Shown here piece after piece: positions 21,471 to 31,788 of a DNA stretch of 61,528 nt. Position 1 is the first letter of the stretch; each line of letters begins with the position of its first letter. Under the pieces are notes generated by a model. That model saw only the letters and a program-made list of their open reading frames with translations. It was not told the origin of the DNA and did not search any database. The position numbers and the translations under genes were made by a program. Origin of the DNA: an uncultured Clostridia bacterium (GTDB lineage: Bacteria > Bacillota > Clostridia > TANB77 > CAG-508); contig CALXJU010000005.1 in the NCBI GenBank assembly GCA_944388705.1, forward strand, positions 1 through 61,528. Reading direction: 5' to 3'.

Positions 21471-21731
21471 TTAACAACAACAATTTTTCTTTTTATCACT
21501 TTTCTTACAACATATTAAAGCTACTATAGCTATTATTAATAAAATTAATAGTGTAATTATTAGAGTTATTGTAGCACCTATTCCTAATAAAGCTATAAGT
21601 CCAAATATTGTTCCAAAAAATACTCCAACAAAAAATGATAATAATACAGATATTATTGCTATTATTATCCATAAACATGAACAATCTTTTTTTCTGTCTT
21701 TTTTACAATATATTTCTACTTGTGGTTCCAT
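21471..21731 (-). CDS. Small Cys-rich membrane protein
   Basis: Two hydrophobic helices, GGAGG RBS. Confidence 0.55.
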   Translation of the reverse strand: MEPQVEIYCKKDRKKDCSCLWIIIAIISVLLSFFVGVFFGTIFGLIALLGIGATITLIITLLILLIIAIVALICCKKSDKKKNCCC

Positions 21732-21853
21732 AATCTTTAGCACCTCCAGTACTAATATATATTATGTTTTTATTTGACTGTTTGTGCATTTTTTTATTGT
21801 AAAATCTAATTAATTGTAGTATAATAATTGAAAATGTAAATTATGGAGGAATT

Positions 21854-22534
21854 ATGAAAATACTTAGTATAGATACAGCAAGTAATTTATGTACTGTTGC
21901 ATTATTAGAAAATAAAACTTGTGTAAAAGAACTAATTGTAAATGATGCTAGAAATCATTCTGAAAAAATTATGCCTTTAATTGAACAACTTTTTACAGAA
22001 ACTAACTCATCTTTAAAAAATATAGATTTAATTGTATGTAATAAAGGACCTGGTTCTTTTACAGGCATCCGCATTGGAACTGGTACTGTTTTAGCTTTTA
22101 GAGACAGTCTAAATATAGATTGTATTGGTATTAGTTCTCTTGAAGCTTTAGCATATAATACTAGTTCAGAAGGATTAATCTGTTCTTTAATTGACGCCAA
22201 AAATAATAATGTTTATTATGGATTATTTGAATTAAAAAATGGTGTTTATTCTAAAATTGGAGATTTTAGTTTTAAAAATATTAATGACATTGTTCCATTA
22301 TTAAACAAATACTCTGAACCAATTACTTTTGTTGGTGATGGTGCTGTTTCATATAAAAATTTTATTACTAGTAATTTTAAAAATTGTAATTTTTGTGAAA
22401 AAAATGACTTAAGTAGTTATTCACTTGGATGTGCAGGATTTGATAATTACAATAAAGGTATAAAGGATGATATTATGCCACTATACTTAAGAAAATCACA
22501 AGCGGAAAGGGCCTTAGAAGAGAAAGGTAGGTAA
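21854..22534 (+). CDS. tsaB: tRNA threonylcarbamoyladenosine biosynthesis protein TsaB
   Basis: ILSIDTA, HSE, GPGSFTGIRIG, PLYLRKSQAER. Confidence 0.95.
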   Translation: MKILSIDTASNLCTVALLENKTCVKELIVNDARNHSEKIMPLIEQLFTETNSSLKNIDLIVCNKGPGSFTGIRIGTGTVLAFRDSLNIDCIGISSLEALAYNTSSEGLICSLIDAKNNNVYYGLFELKNGVYSKIGDFSFKNINDIVPLLNKYSEPITFVGDGAVSYKNFITSNFKNCNFCEKNDLSSYSLGCAGFDNYNKGIKDDIMPLYLRKSQAERALEEKGR

Positions 22535-22538
22535 AATT

Positions 22539-22973
22539 ATGGAAATTACTGAAATGACTTTAACTGACTTAGAACAAATGAAAAATACCTTATATTCCGA
22601 TTTTGATAATTTTTGGAGTTATAATGTTTTAAAACAAGAACTTGAAAATGAAAATACTACTTATATTATTGCAAAAGAGAATAATGAAGTTGTTGGTTTT
22701 GCTGGAATTTCTGTTTGTCTTGACGAAGCTACTCTTAATAATATTGTAGTAAAAAAATCTTGTCGTGGTCGTGGGATTGGTGGAGAATTGTTAGATTCTT
22801 TATTAGATATTTGTGGAGATTTAAACATGAAATCTCTTACTTTAGAAGTCAATGTTTCTAATACTCCTGCAATCAAATTATATGAGAAATTCGGCTTTAA
22901 AAATTTAGGTTTAAGAAAAAAATATTATAATAATTCACAAGATGCAATTATTATGACAAAATATGATATTTAA
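22539..22973 (+). CDS. rimI: Ribosomal-protein-alanine N-acetyltransferase
   Basis: GNAT motifs RGRGIG, LEV..SN..AI.LYEKFGF, RKKYY; follows tsaB. Confidence 0.9.
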   Translation: MEITEMTLTDLEQMKNTLYSDFDNFWSYNVLKQELENENTTYIIAKENNEVVGFAGISVCLDEATLNNIVVKKSCRGRGIGGELLDSLLDICGDLNMKSLTLEVNVSNTPAIKLYEKFGFKNLGLRKKYYNNSQDAIIMTKYDI

Positions 22974-22979
22974 CAAAAG

Positions 22980-23167
22980 CGGACTGTTTGAAAGCGAACA
23001 GTCATCTTTAGTGTATTTCTAATATTTAATTTATAAAAGTTTATATATTACTATGGAATAAAGCCAAGACCCCCGACGAAAGCCCCAGCTATGTTTTGGC
23101 TATGGAATAGTAATATATAAACTTTTTATTTTAAATAAAAACTAAAAATGCCCAAAAGAGAACCGTT
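22980..23167. repeat. Nested palindromic intergenic element, copy 2
   Basis: Same AAAAGTTTATATATTACTAT arms and GACCCCCGACGAA loop as 3336..3551; inner stem AGCCAA/TTGGCT. Confidence 0.8.
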
Positions 23168-23172
23168 AATTT

Positions 23173-23973
23173 TTAAACAAATTTTTCTACTTTTATTATA
23201 GTTCTACCACTTTTAGTTTGTCCTACTAATTCTTTTATATAAAATCTTCCTTTCCCTCTAATTGTAACAATGTCTCCTGGTTTTATTTGTTTAGTTTTTT
23301 TAGTCTCATTTTGAAAATTTATAAAAACTCTTTCCATATTTATTATTTCCAATGCTTTATTCCTTGAACATCTTGCTAGTTCTGAAATAACATTATCTAA
23401 CCTTAAAGATGAAACTATTATATCTAATTCTTCTTTTTTTACTTCTACTTTTCTTAAATTTTCTATTTGTTCTACTGTAATTTTAGATTTAGAAAACCTA
23501 GTTAAACTATTTAAATTTTCTAATAAAAATTTTGTAATATCTTTATCAACTATTATATCTGCTCCATCTTGAGATACTATTATGTCACCTACTTTTTCTC
23601 TTTTTACTCCTAATTTTATTACTGCTCCCAAATAGTCTCTATGTGAATATTTTCCTTTTAAATCATCTGGTAATTGTATTCTAACTATATTTACTATATT
23701 ACTTAGATTTTTTGAAACAACTTCTGTATTAAATTTCTCTGGATATATTACATACATTTTTCTTTCTGCTTGTTCAAATCCTCCATAAGTCATATAATTT
23801 GTAATTTTGATTTTATTTATAAATTTTTGTACTAATTCAATTTGTGACATATCTAAAAAATCAGTGTGTTCTATTTTATTTTTATTTTCTACTGCTTCTA
23901 CTTTATCTAAAATTTGTGCCAATAAAATTTTGTCATCTTTTTCTCTATATTCATTTAAAATGTCTCTATTCAT
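23173..23973 (-). CDS. ylmH: YlmH/Sll1252-family S4 RNA-binding protein
   Basis: GG..AER, HRDYLGA..LG..RE..GDI, SLRLD, RGKGR. Confidence 0.88.
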   Translation of the reverse strand: MNRDILNEYREKDDKILLAQILDKVEAVENKNKIEHTDFLDMSQIELVQKFINKIKITNYMTYGGFEQAERKMYVIYPEKFNTEVVSKNLSNIVNIVRIQLPDDLKGKYSHRDYLGAVIKLGVKREKVGDIIVSQDGADIIVDKDITKFLLENLNSLTRFSKSKITVEQIENLRKVEVKKEELDIIVSSLRLDNVISELARCSRNKALEIINMERVFINFQNETKKTKQIKPGDIVTIRGKGRFYIKELVGQTKSGRTIIKVEKFV

Positions 23974-25129
23974 GATTGCCCTCCATATAATTTCTAAGTT
24001 CTATTAATGCTTTTGCAGAAACTATATAATCTTTTACAAAATTAAATACATAATGTGATAATTTTGAGGCTGGTCTATCAAGATATATATCTTTTACAAG
24101 ACATATTCCTAATCCTTTATCAAATAATCTGTTAAGTCTTTTTCCTATTTGTATAAGATTTTCTTCTTTCATTTTGTTATATATATTTTCTGCAATTGTG
24201 TGTTTTTCATTTAGTTCTTTTATAAATTCTTCAAATGTGTATTCTCTATATTTATACATTTTATACATTTGTGCCGCATATTCTAAACCATATATTGTCT
24301 GTAAATTAAAGTTTTCTAGCATTTTTGCAAATTCTTCTGGCTTAAAATAATACATATGTCCTTGTAATTTGTTAAAACTTCTCATTGTGTCTAAATATCC
24401 TAGTTTCATATTATTGATTATTCTTTCATGATTGAATTCAAATATTCCACCTAATTCTTCTGTTGGCGATATCACTTTTACATATACATTTCTATCAAGT
24501 GTTTTTCTACTGAATCCTGCTCCTGCAATATCTGCTATTATTAGGTTTTTGTACCCTTTTTCTATTAACATATTTGATGGTGCATTATCATATAATCCTC
24601 CATCATAATATTCTTCATCTCCAATTTTTTGTGGCTTGAATATTGGGAAACATGAACTTGCTAATAAATAATCTACCATCTGTTCTTTTGGTATTTCATT
24701 TTTAAATTTTTGTAAAGGTGTTTTATTTTTTACTGAATATGCAACTAGTCCAAAATCTATTTCTGAATTATAAACTTTATCTACATCTATATAATGTTCT
24801 ATCATTTTTCTTAGAGGTGTATTGTCTATTCCTTTTTGTTTTGTATAACTTGTTGCTAAGTTTAATATATTTGATAAATCAAATATATCTTTTTGACTAT
24901 CTACTCCTTCTACATTCATTATATCTTTCATTTTTATATTTTCATACATTTTTACCGTTGTGAAAAAATCGTCTTGCAAAAACATTGCTCCATTTAATGC
25001 TCCTATTGATGTTCCTACTATTGCTGTTATTTTTATTCCTAATTCTTGCAATGCTTTCCATACTCCTACTTGATATGCTCCTCTTGTTCCTCCACCTACT
25101 AAAACTAAACCATATTCTTTATTTTCCAT
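23966..25129 (-). CDS. Patatin-like phospholipase
   Basis: GGGTRG, GTSIG (GxSxG), DGG. Confidence 0.9.
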   Translation of the reverse strand: MENKEYGLVLVGGGTRGAYQVGVWKALQELGIKITAIVGTSIGALNGAMFLQDDFFTTVKMYENIKMKDIMNVEGVDSQKDIFDLSNILNLATSYTKQKGIDNTPLRKMIEHYIDVDKVYNSEIDFGLVAYSVKNKTPLQKFKNEIPKEQMVDYLLASSCFPIFKPQKIGDEEYYDGGLYDNAPSNMLIEKGYKNLIIADIAGAGFSRKTLDRNVYVKVISPTEELGGIFEFNHERIINNMKLGYLDTMRSFNKLQGHMYYFKPEEFAKMLENFNLQTIYGLEYAAQMYKMYKYREYTFEEFIKELNEKHTIAENIYNKMKEENLIQIGKRLNRLFDKGLGICLVKDIYLDRPASKLSHYVFNFVKDYIVSAKALIELRNYMEGNHE

Positions 25130-25268
25130 TTCTATTCCTTCTTATTTCTTTATTTTATGCACTTATTATAGCATATTTTAATTTGTGTAGTCAATTTATT
25201 AATATTCATTGACTTTTAAATTTTAATAAAATATAATCATGTTGAAAAATATCAATGGAGGTGGAAAA

Positions 25269-26351
25269 ATGTCGAAAAATAGTTTAGGCATTTTAGTTCT
25301 TGATAACTTTGAAGCCTTTGGGCAAAAAGTTCAAGAACATTTATCAAAAATTAGAAACACAGATGAAAATTTTTTAATCAATTTTACAGCTAGTAGATTT
25401 TCAAATGGAGAAGGAAAATTAGTTATTGAAGACACAGTTCGTGAAAAAAATTTATTTATTCTTTCTGATGTAGGAAACTATGATATAGAATATTTATATC
25501 ATGGCAAAAATCATTTTATGTCACCTGATGAACATTTTATGGATATCAAAAGAGCTATTTCAGCAACCTGTGGACATGCTTCAAAAATTTCAGTCGTTAT
25601 GCCTTTATTATATCATTCGAGACAACATAGACGAAAATCAAGAGAATCTTTAGATTGTGCAATAGCACTACAAGAATTAGAAAGATTAGGAGTTAGTAAT
25701 ATTATTACTTTTGATGCTCATGACCCTAATGTTTGTAATGCAATTCCAAACTTATCTTTTGATAACTTTTACCCTACAAATTGTGTTTTAACACAAATGA
25801 TTGAAGATGTCCCAGATATATTTGAAAATGTTTTAGTCATTAGTCCTGATATGGGTGCTATGGAGAGAGCCAGATATCATGCTGAATTAATTGGTTGTGA
25901 TGTAGGTGTATTTTATAAAAGACGTGATTTAAGTCAAGTTGTTAATGGTAAAAATCCTGTTGTTGCACATGTATATATGGGAACAGATGTGAAAGATAAA
26001 AATGTTTTGATTGTTGATGATATGATTGCTTCTGGCGGTTCTGTTCTAGATGTAGCAACAGAATTACGCAAAAATGGCGCAAAGAAAATTTATATTACTT
26101 GTACTTTTGCTTTATTTACAGAGGGTATAGATAAATTTAAAAAAGCCTATGATGATAACTTATTTGATGAATTATATACTACAAATTTATCTTATATTCC
26201 AAAAGAATATTCTGATTTAAATTGGTTTAATATTGTTGATTTATCAGAAATGGTTGCTCAAATTATTGATAGATTAGATAAAAAAGAATCAGTTAGTAGT
26301 TTCTTTAATGGAAAAAAGGCAATTATTAATAAAATTCAAAAATTAAATTAA
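25269..26351 (+). CDS. prs: Ribose-phosphate pyrophosphokinase
   Basis: RFSNGEG, DAHDP, SPDMG, IVDDMIASGGS. Confidence 0.92.
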   Translation: MSKNSLGILVLDNFEAFGQKVQEHLSKIRNTDENFLINFTASRFSNGEGKLVIEDTVREKNLFILSDVGNYDIEYLYHGKNHFMSPDEHFMDIKRAISATCGHASKISVVMPLLYHSRQHRRKSRESLDCAIALQELERLGVSNIITFDAHDPNVCNAIPNLSFDNFYPTNCVLTQMIEDVPDIFENVLVISPDMGAMERARYHAELIGCDVGVFYKRRDLSQVVNGKNPVVAHVYMGTDVKDKNVLIVDDMIASGGSVLDVATELRKNGAKKIYITCTFALFTEGIDKFKKAYDDNLFDELYTTNLSYIPKEYSDLNWFNIVDLSEMVAQIIDRLDKKESVSSFFNGKKAIINKIQKLN

Positions 26352-26391
26352 CTTTTTTTTAATCGTATTCATAAAATATACTGGTGATTTT

Positions 26392-26871
26392 ATGAATACG
26401 ATTTCTTATAATAGAGCTTCTGCTATTGCTTATGCCAAAAAGTGGGCACTTTCTCGAAACCCTAGATATTATAATTTTGACCCAGTTGGCGGTGATTGTA
26501 CTAGTTTTATTTCTCAATGCTTATTTGCTGGTAGTAATAAAATGAATTATAATTTTGAAAATGGTTGGTATTATAACAATGGTTATGATAAGTCTCCTTC
26601 TTGGAGTGGGGTTGAATTTTTATACAAGTTTTTGACCACTAATAAAAGTTATGGTCCTCGTGGCATTGCTACTTCTCAAGAAAATATTATTCCTGGTGAT
26701 ATTGCCCAACTTTCTTTTTCTGGTACAAAGTTTGAACATAGTTTATTTATTATTGATACTTCAAATGGCATTTCTATTGCTACTCATACTTATGATGTTC
26801 TTGGTAAAAAACTTGATGCTTATACTTTTGCTAAAGTTAGATTTGTTCATATTGAAAATGTTGGAGTTTAA
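26392..26871 (+). CDS. Putative amidase domain protein (Amidase_6-like)
   Basis: YNR..AIAYA.KWA, GGDCT.FISQCL.AG, H..I and AHT-like motif. Confidence 0.85.
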   Translation: MNTISYNRASAIAYAKKWALSRNPRYYNFDPVGGDCTSFISQCLFAGSNKMNYNFENGWYYNNGYDKSPSWSGVEFLYKFLTTNKSYGPRGIATSQENIIPGDIAQLSFSGTKFEHSLFIIDTSNGISIATHTYDVLGKKLDAYTFAKVRFVHIENVGV

Positions 26872-26921
26872 TGCAAAAGTTGCTACATAATTTTATAGTA
26901 ACTTTAATTTTTCTAGTAATT

Positions 26922-28145
26922 TTATTGAAGATATATAAAAACTTTTAAAAAGTCTTCTTCTGTTCTAAATCCTTGCTCTTTTATCATATTATTAAAATCT
27001 TCTCTACTCATTCCTTCTTGTACTAAGAAATTATCAAAGTTTCCTGTTCCTCCGTTTTTTTCTACAAACATTTGCTCTAACTCTTCTATCGCCTTTTCTG
27101 CTCCTCCATTATTATAAACTGCATACTCAACTCTTAGCCAAGAATTTTCAGCATTAACTAGTATATTTTTTATATATTCAATATATTTCATTCCAGCATC
27201 TTCTGCTTCTTGGTTAAAATCAATATCATATTCTTGTAAATCTTGTAGAAATTCTTCATATGTACCTGTGTAACTATACGTTTTTAATATTAACTCCTCT
27301 AATTCTTCTTGACTTTTATTTAACATATATCTTTCCATAAATGATGCTAAAAGTACATTTTCGTTTTTGACTTTAGTTACTGCTCCACATCCTGTACATT
27401 GTTTATATGGATTACCATCATAATCAGAAATATTAGGTGACATTCTTACCCTTTCAAGATTTATACAACCGGTAAAAGCCATATCTCCTATACTAGTTAC
27501 TGTATCTGGAATGTATATAGTCTTTACATATTTATAATGTGAGCAAAATCCCTTTCCTATTTTAGTAACTGTTATCCCTCTTACTTCACTAGGTATAACT
27601 ATATTTTCTAATTGATATGGGCATTTACTATCATGCAACTTGTCATTATAATAGTCTTCATAATCTTTTAAAGTGATTGTACCATCATCAGAAATTTCAA
27701 AATAGCTTGGGTCTGTTGTCTCTAAATCATTGTCAAAATTGCCTAAATCTCCCAAATCAGTTGCTTCTTCATTTTTATCTAAATAATAAAGATGATTATT
27801 TTCTATTAAATATACATCTTTTCTCCCCGAACCATTTCCTGTACTTAATTTCTTTTCTAATAATTTCGGAACATTTACTATGCAATTATTGTCTATTATC
27901 CCATCTGCTTTTAATAAATTAATTTTGTCTTCTTGTAATTCTCCTTTATATTGTGCATAATAATCAGCTAATTTTAATTTTATTCCCTCCAACACTGCTC
28001 CATTATCATTTTTTATTGAAGATTCTTCAGCTCTCGTAATTATACCGTTTTCTCCTGTTAACATTGATATACTTACTCCAGCCAAAATTAGTAATACAAC
28101 AATTGTTACCACTAATGCAATTAATGTTATACCTTTCTCTTTCAT
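26922..28145 (-). CDS. Type IV pilin-like protein with BspA-type LRR (pilin A)
   Basis: Prepilin-like KG|ITLIALVVTIVVLLILAG, IPDTVTSIGDMAF.GC LRR, shared C-terminal module. Confidence 0.8.
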   Translation of the reverse strand: MKEKGITLIALVVTIVVLLILAGVSISMLTGENGIITRAEESSIKNDNGAVLEGIKLKLADYYAQYKGELQEDKINLLKADGIIDNNCIVNVPKLLEKKLSTGNGSGRKDVYLIENNHLYYLDKNEEATDLGDLGNFDNDLETTDPSYFEISDDGTITLKDYEDYYNDKLHDSKCPYQLENIVIPSEVRGITVTKIGKGFCSHYKYVKTIYIPDTVTSIGDMAFTGCINLERVRMSPNISDYDGNPYKQCTGCGAVTKVKNENVLLASFMERYMLNKSQEELEELILKTYSYTGTYEEFLQDLQEYDIDFNQEAEDAGMKYIEYIKNILVNAENSWLRVEYAVYNNGGAEKAIEELEQMFVEKNGGTGNFDNFLVQEGMSREDFNNMIKEQGFRTEEDFLKVFIYLQ

Positions 28146-28177
28146 CTTTTTCCTCCTTGGTTTTTCTTAAATTTATA

Positions 28178-28351
28178 TCTTCAATCAAATAAATTAAAGA
28201 TTTTTAAAAATCTCGATATTTTATCATATTTTAAATTACATATATTATTTAATTTTTATTTTTTAAAATTTTATTCTAAATATATCTTGATTTTTTTAAT
28301 ATTTATTGCTATATTAATTTTATAAGTTTCTTTAATTTATTTGATTAAGGA
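28178..28351 (+). promoter_or_regulatory. Putative invertible promoter switch A (OFF relative to pilin A)
   Basis: Sites TCTTCAAT-CAAATAA-ATTAAAGA (28178-28200) and TCTTTAAT-TTATTTG-ATTAAGGA (28329-28351) with inverted spacers; TTGATT(28287)-17bp-TATATT(28310) with TG extension in between. Confidence 0.75.
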
Positions 28352-28523
28352 AATTTTTTTATTTTTAATTTCTAAATTTTTATATCAAAATTTAAATTAT
28401 ATGATTTTAGAAAAGTATAAAAATAATGATGAAGCTATAGAAAGTCTAGATAAAATTAGAAAAATTTTTACTAATAAAAAATAAGAAATTAAAGAAATAA
28501 AGCTGATTATTAGTTATCTATAT

Positions 28524-28765
28524 TCTAATCGGTATTATTAGAACCTATTGTAATCTCATTCCTTTGTTCTTCTGTTCCTTTGTAATTTACTGTTGTTAAA
28601 ATATTACAAGCCCAAAATGCATTATCGCCTATACTTGTCACACTATTTGGAATTATTATACTTGTTAATCCAGCGCAATTACAAAACGCATTATCTCCTA
28701 TTATCTTTAATCCACTAGGTAATTCTACTATTTTTTAAGTTTCATTTGACTTATTAAAACAAAAT
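28524..28765 (-). pseudogene. 3' remnant of another pilin-LRR gene
   Basis: Translates as LPSGLKIIGDNAFCNC..IPNSVTSIGDNAF..VNYKGTEEQ.NEITIG, similar to the C-terminus of 31789..32931; frameshifted and 5'-truncated. Confidence 0.75.
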
Positions 28766-28767
28766 AA

Positions 28768-29097
28768 GGCTATGGGAGAATACAGAAAAACATATTAACA
28801 AAAGTTTATGCAGTTAGGAAAAATAAAGATAATGAAAAACTTTATCTTTCACCAATAGTAGATTTATTTAATGGAGAAGTAATTAGTTTTAATCTCTCAA
28901 GACATCCAGTATTTGCACAAGTAGTAGATATGCTAGAGAAAGCTTTTAGTGAAATACCAGATAATACAAAATAAATTATTATAATAATAAAAGAATAAGA
29001 GGTAAACTAAAAGGAATGAGCCCCGTTCAATACAGAGTTCATTCCCTAGTTGGTTAGTACCTAGTCAAAAAATGTCCAATTTTTTTGGTTCAGTACA
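28768..29097 (+). mobile_element. IS3-family transposase remnant (internally deleted)
   Basis: KLYLSPIVDLFNGEVISF and YYNNKRI..KLKGMSPVQYR fragments; terminal TGTCCAATTTTTTTGGTTCAGTACA ending in CA. Confidence 0.85.
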
Positions 29098-29420
29098 AGT
29101 GTGTAACACACTACAATACTTTTTTAGCCGATGGCAAAAAGTATTAGTGTGGCAGGGAAAAATTTATTTTTCCCCACACCCCTTTTCCTAAAAAATATAA
29201 ACATATTTTTTAGGTTTTTAAAATAAATTTGCTATTCGCAATTTTATTCTAAAAAAATCAGCCACTAAAGTAGTTTATCTACTCTAGTAGCTGATTTTCT
29301 ATATGCAAATGTAACTTTTCACATTTGCATATTATTTAGCATATTGTCTGTTAGAATATCTTTCCTTTTATTTGCCTTTATTTTTAGTTTTTTTCGTTTT
29401 TCTTTTGTTTTTTAAGTAAT

Positions 29421-30383
29421 TTATCTTTTGTTAATTTGGTAAGATATCATTTCTGGAATTCTTGTACTATCTACACTTCTCTTTCCAATTTCTAATGCTA
29501 AACAGCTTTGACTTGAACATACCATATTTATGGTTTTTATGTGATTTAACTTTTGTGAAATTTCTTCAATTGTATCAAAGATACTATTTATATATTCATT
29601 CAATTGCTCTTTATATCTAATTGTATTGTCATAAGGCTTGTCAACTTCTAACTTGATAATATTACATTTTTCTTCAAATTGTCTTAATTGTATATCTGTA
29701 ATATTTCTAGTTATTGAAATAACTATAACCAAATTGTCTTTATTCATATCTAAGTCTTCTAATTTTGTTCTCAAATTTAACTTAGGGTATTTTTTATTTT
29801 TCTTGTGTTCAAGTTTATAATAATTTTTTGTATCTATTTTATCAAACTCATAATAATCATCTATTTCTTCTCTTTCCAAGAATGTCCCTGCATACATTAT
29901 AAAAGGAATTGGTGCTATTCCAGTATATCCTCTTTTTCCTTCTATTGTTTCGTTTTTAAATGCATTTACTTGGTCTTCTATTTGCTCCAATATACATTCA
30001 CAACTTTCTTTATCTAATCTATTACAAAAAATTTTCTTATATATATTTACAAAATTAATTTTCCTCTCTCTAAAATCATTTCTAATATCTTTCTTCATTT
30101 TGAAATATGGCTCTATTCTTTGTCTCATATATCCATTAATATTTAATACACATACTTTTCTTTTCGAATAAAAATTCAGTATAACAGTAACTATTATTAA
30201 AAAAATTCCCAAAAAGAAATAGTATAAATTAAAATCTTCTACAAGTTCATTAATATCATTTCTATTATTTATGATTGCAACAATTTTTACTAATGTATCT
30301 TGCCAGTTTCCAGATGCTTGACTCAAGAATCCTATTCCTGCTGTTAAAATAGTAGCAATAAAACTTTGTTCTTTTAAATTCAA
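29421..30383 (-). CDS. 2TM-SAVED domain protein (CBASS-type effector), probably truncated
   Basis: Two N-terminal TM helices, YTGIAPIPF..YAG, VISIT..I, and S.QSC.ALEIGK typical of SAVED; TTG start, abrupt end. Confidence 0.7.
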   Translation of the reverse strand: MNLKEQSFIATILTAGIGFLSQASGNWQDTLVKIVAIINNRNDINELVEDFNLYYFFLGIFLIIVTVILNFYSKRKVCVLNINGYMRQRIEPYFKMKKDIRNDFRERKINFVNIYKKIFCNRLDKESCECILEQIEDQVNAFKNETIEGKRGYTGIAPIPFIMYAGTFLEREEIDDYYEFDKIDTKNYYKLEHKKNKKYPKLNLRTKLEDLDMNKDNLVIVISITRNITDIQLRQFEEKCNIIKLEVDKPYDNTIRYKEQLNEYINSIFDTIEEISQKLNHIKTINMVCSSQSCLALEIGKRSVDSTRIPEMISYQINKR

Positions 30384-30452
30384 TTCTAAGTTAAAAAGTC
30401 CAATAAAATGTTAAAAAATAAATTGGTCAGACGCGTCTGACCAATTTATTTT

Positions 30453-31508
30453 TTAATTATTTTCTTCTTCATTTTCATCTATATCTATATGCAAATTCAA
30501 ATCTTCTTCTGTTGGTAATGCTTCCATAATATCTTTTGGTAATATATTTGAAACTTCATAAGAACTTACTCCAATAGGTTTATTTATATCTCTTAAAGAA
30601 TACTCAACTGAAAACTTTTTCTTTTCTCTACATAAGATAATTCCAATACTTGGATTGTCACTTTCCGTTTTTAATAAGTCATCTACTGCTGATAGATAGA
30701 AATTTAATTTTCCAGCATATTCTGGCTTATATTGTGTATTTTTTAATTCTACAACTATATAACAATGTAATCTTGTATGATAAAAAAGCATATCAATGAA
30801 GTATTCGTCTCCATCTACTTCAATTCTATATTGATTTCCAAGAAAACTAAAACCATTTCCAAGTTCCAATAAAACTGTTTTTATTCTTTCTACCATTGCA
30901 TTTTCTAGTTCTGTTTCGATATAACTTTCTTTTAAATTAGATAAATCTAGTATATATGGATCTTTCATCATATCTCTTGCTAATTCACTTTGTGGAGCTT
31001 TTAATGTTCTTTTAAAATTGTTTGGCTTATCTCCTAATACTTGTCTCTTATAAAGATCACTTTTTATTTCAAAACCTAAAACATCATAAGACCATCCATT
31101 TAGTTCTGTCTGTTCCATATACCATCGTCTTTGTTTTTCATCTTTGATTTTACTTAAAATAAGAATATTGTGCGACCATGGAATTTTTGCTGACAACACT
31201 TTCATTTTTTCATCTTTTTGACATTCCAAATAATATGTTCTCATATATTTTAAATTTGTAATTGAAAATCCCTTCATATTTGGAAAATCAACTTTAAGCC
31301 TAATTGAAAGGTTTTTAACAAATTTGTTTCCCCATTTTGCATTATCTTCTATTATTTTTCCAATAGTATAGTATAAACTCAAAGTTCTAGCATTAGCACC
31401 TTTAAATATATCATATTGTGCATTTAATATTTCATATTTTATATCACTAAAAACTTTTTTGAACTCTTCATCTTGCATATTATTTTCTACTAACTCTTTA
31501 TTACTCAT
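30453..31508 (-). CDS. YhcG/DUF1016 PD-(D/E)xK nuclease-family protein
   Basis: WG.K.V..LS, GFS..NLKYMR, WSHN, KDPY, ELG.GF.F, DMLFYH..L.CYIVVELK. Confidence 0.93.
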   Translation of the reverse strand: MSNKELVENNMQDEEFKKVFSDIKYEILNAQYDIFKGANARTLSLYYTIGKIIEDNAKWGNKFVKNLSIRLKVDFPNMKGFSITNLKYMRTYYLECQKDEKMKVLSAKIPWSHNILILSKIKDEKQRRWYMEQTELNGWSYDVLGFEIKSDLYKRQVLGDKPNNFKRTLKAPQSELARDMMKDPYILDLSNLKESYIETELENAMVERIKTVLLELGNGFSFLGNQYRIEVDGDEYFIDMLFYHTRLHCYIVVELKNTQYKPEYAGKLNFYLSAVDDLLKTESDNPSIGIILCREKKKFSVEYSLRDINKPIGVSSYEVSNILPKDIMEALPTEEDLNLHIDIDENEEENN

Positions 31509-31788
31509 TTTTGAATCCTCACTTACTTTATTTTTTCATAGTATATCATTTTATAGTTAGTTTATCAACAATATAAATATTTTTACTACAAAATTTCCCA
31601 ATTAGTCAGATACATCTGACCAAAATTCTTTTATAAAATCAAAAAAAGATGACATTGTATTATTTTTTACAATTCATCTTTTAAATATGTGAAAATTTTA
31701 TAATTTACTAAATTGTTCGTAGGAGGAAACCTTTGCTATTATTACATTTTATTTTTTCGTCTTATACTATATTTAATAGCTTTTTTCA

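Noticed and set aside
30453-31508. yhcG as the invertase for the promoter switches
   Set aside because: It is a PD-(D/E)xK family protein without tyrosine (R-H-R-Y) or serine recombinase motifs; no recombinase is visible in the window.
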